A stretch of 64,000 bases of DNA from Bacteroidota bacterium (GTDB lineage Bacteria; Bacteroidota; Rhodothermia; Rhodothermales; UBA10348), in assembly GCA_029262775.1 (NCBI GenBank), contig JAJCYR010000005.1, positions 3,183 through 67,182 on the forward strand. Direction: 5' to 3'. The position numbers and the translations under genes were made by a program. Below the pieces are notes generated by a model. The model did not search any database and had not been told where the DNA came from. It saw only the letters and a list, made by a program, of their open reading frames with translations. Numbering within the stretch: position 1 is the stretch's first letter; the number at the start of each line of letters is the position of its first letter. This document shows, in pieces, positions 63,805 through 64,000 of the stretch.

Positions 63805-64000
63805 ATGAATGTGATAGCAGATAATCGACTGGACGACCGGAAACCCCTCTTTTGGTATGCGTCCACATACAAGGACTATATCGCCTTTCCCGAGGAGGTG
63901 CAAGATGATGCTGGATTCCAGCTTGATCGCGTGCAGCAAGGTCTCGACCCACTCGACTTCTCGTCCGAATCCGGGGTCGGTGGCGGGGTCTACAAGATTC
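63805..64000 (+). CDS. HigB/Gp49-like (RelE-superfamily) toxin, 3' end outside window
   Basis: My translation is MNVIADNRLDDRKPLFWYASTYKDYIAFPEEVQDDAGFQLDRVQQGLDPLDFSSESGVGGGVYKI. It fits the W.GSS..DL..FP..V....G..L..VQ.G..P.D.KP pattern. It is absent from the ORF track because it runs off the window. Confidence 0.6.
   Translation, partial: MNVIADNRLDDRKPLFWYASTYKDYIAFPEEVQDDAGFQLDRVQQGLDPLDFSSESGVGGGVYKI

Overview
High-GC chromosomal window. A type IX secretion (T9SS) C-terminal sorting domain, very acidic proteins and a sigma-54/FliA regulatory set suggest a Rhodothermota/Bacteroidota-type, possibly halophilic organism; this is inference only. I call about 55 protein genes, 2 tRNAs, 3 intrinsic terminators and 2 sigma-54 promoters. 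Most genes are housekeeping: fumC, panCD, phoH, dapF, a ppiD-like gene, rplU-rpmA, lysA, ispB, deoC, pgm, DAHP synthase, kbl-tdh, moeA and a CPA2 antiporter. Many long ORFs in the track are antisense or mirror-frame artefacts of the high GC content, and several real genes start well inside the listed ORF. Main observations: (1) 15.4-21.0 kb holds a translationally coupled five-gene operon: an OlsB-like GNAT, a PlsC-like acyltransferase, a DinB-fold protein, an 891-aa alpha/beta-hydrolase-DedA-ATP-grasp triple fusion, and an MlaE permease with no partner genes. I read it as an uncharacterised aminolipid head-group elaboration and trafficking system, and it is my best candidate for something new. 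(2) A polyamine operon (DHS-like, speA, aguB, aguA) is bracketed by two polyanionic ORFs. (3) A regulatory cassette (helical-repeat protein, HDOD, HK, NtrC-type RR, small membrane protein, FliA) has two near-consensus sigma-54 promoters that I could read directly. (4) A Rieske domain is fused to a PoxB-like TPP enzyme. (5) A MITE-like TIR element family occurs at 3 loci, with a paralogous empty site visible. (6) A decayed islet sits at tRNA-Asn, with tandem ~190-bp units each carrying the tRNA 3' end, IS66 and IstB fragments, a UPF0175/PIN toxin-antitoxin (TA) pair and a broken kinase gene. (7) A second probable island edge follows tRNA-Leu at the right end of the window. All family assignments come from motif recognition by eye; no searches were run.
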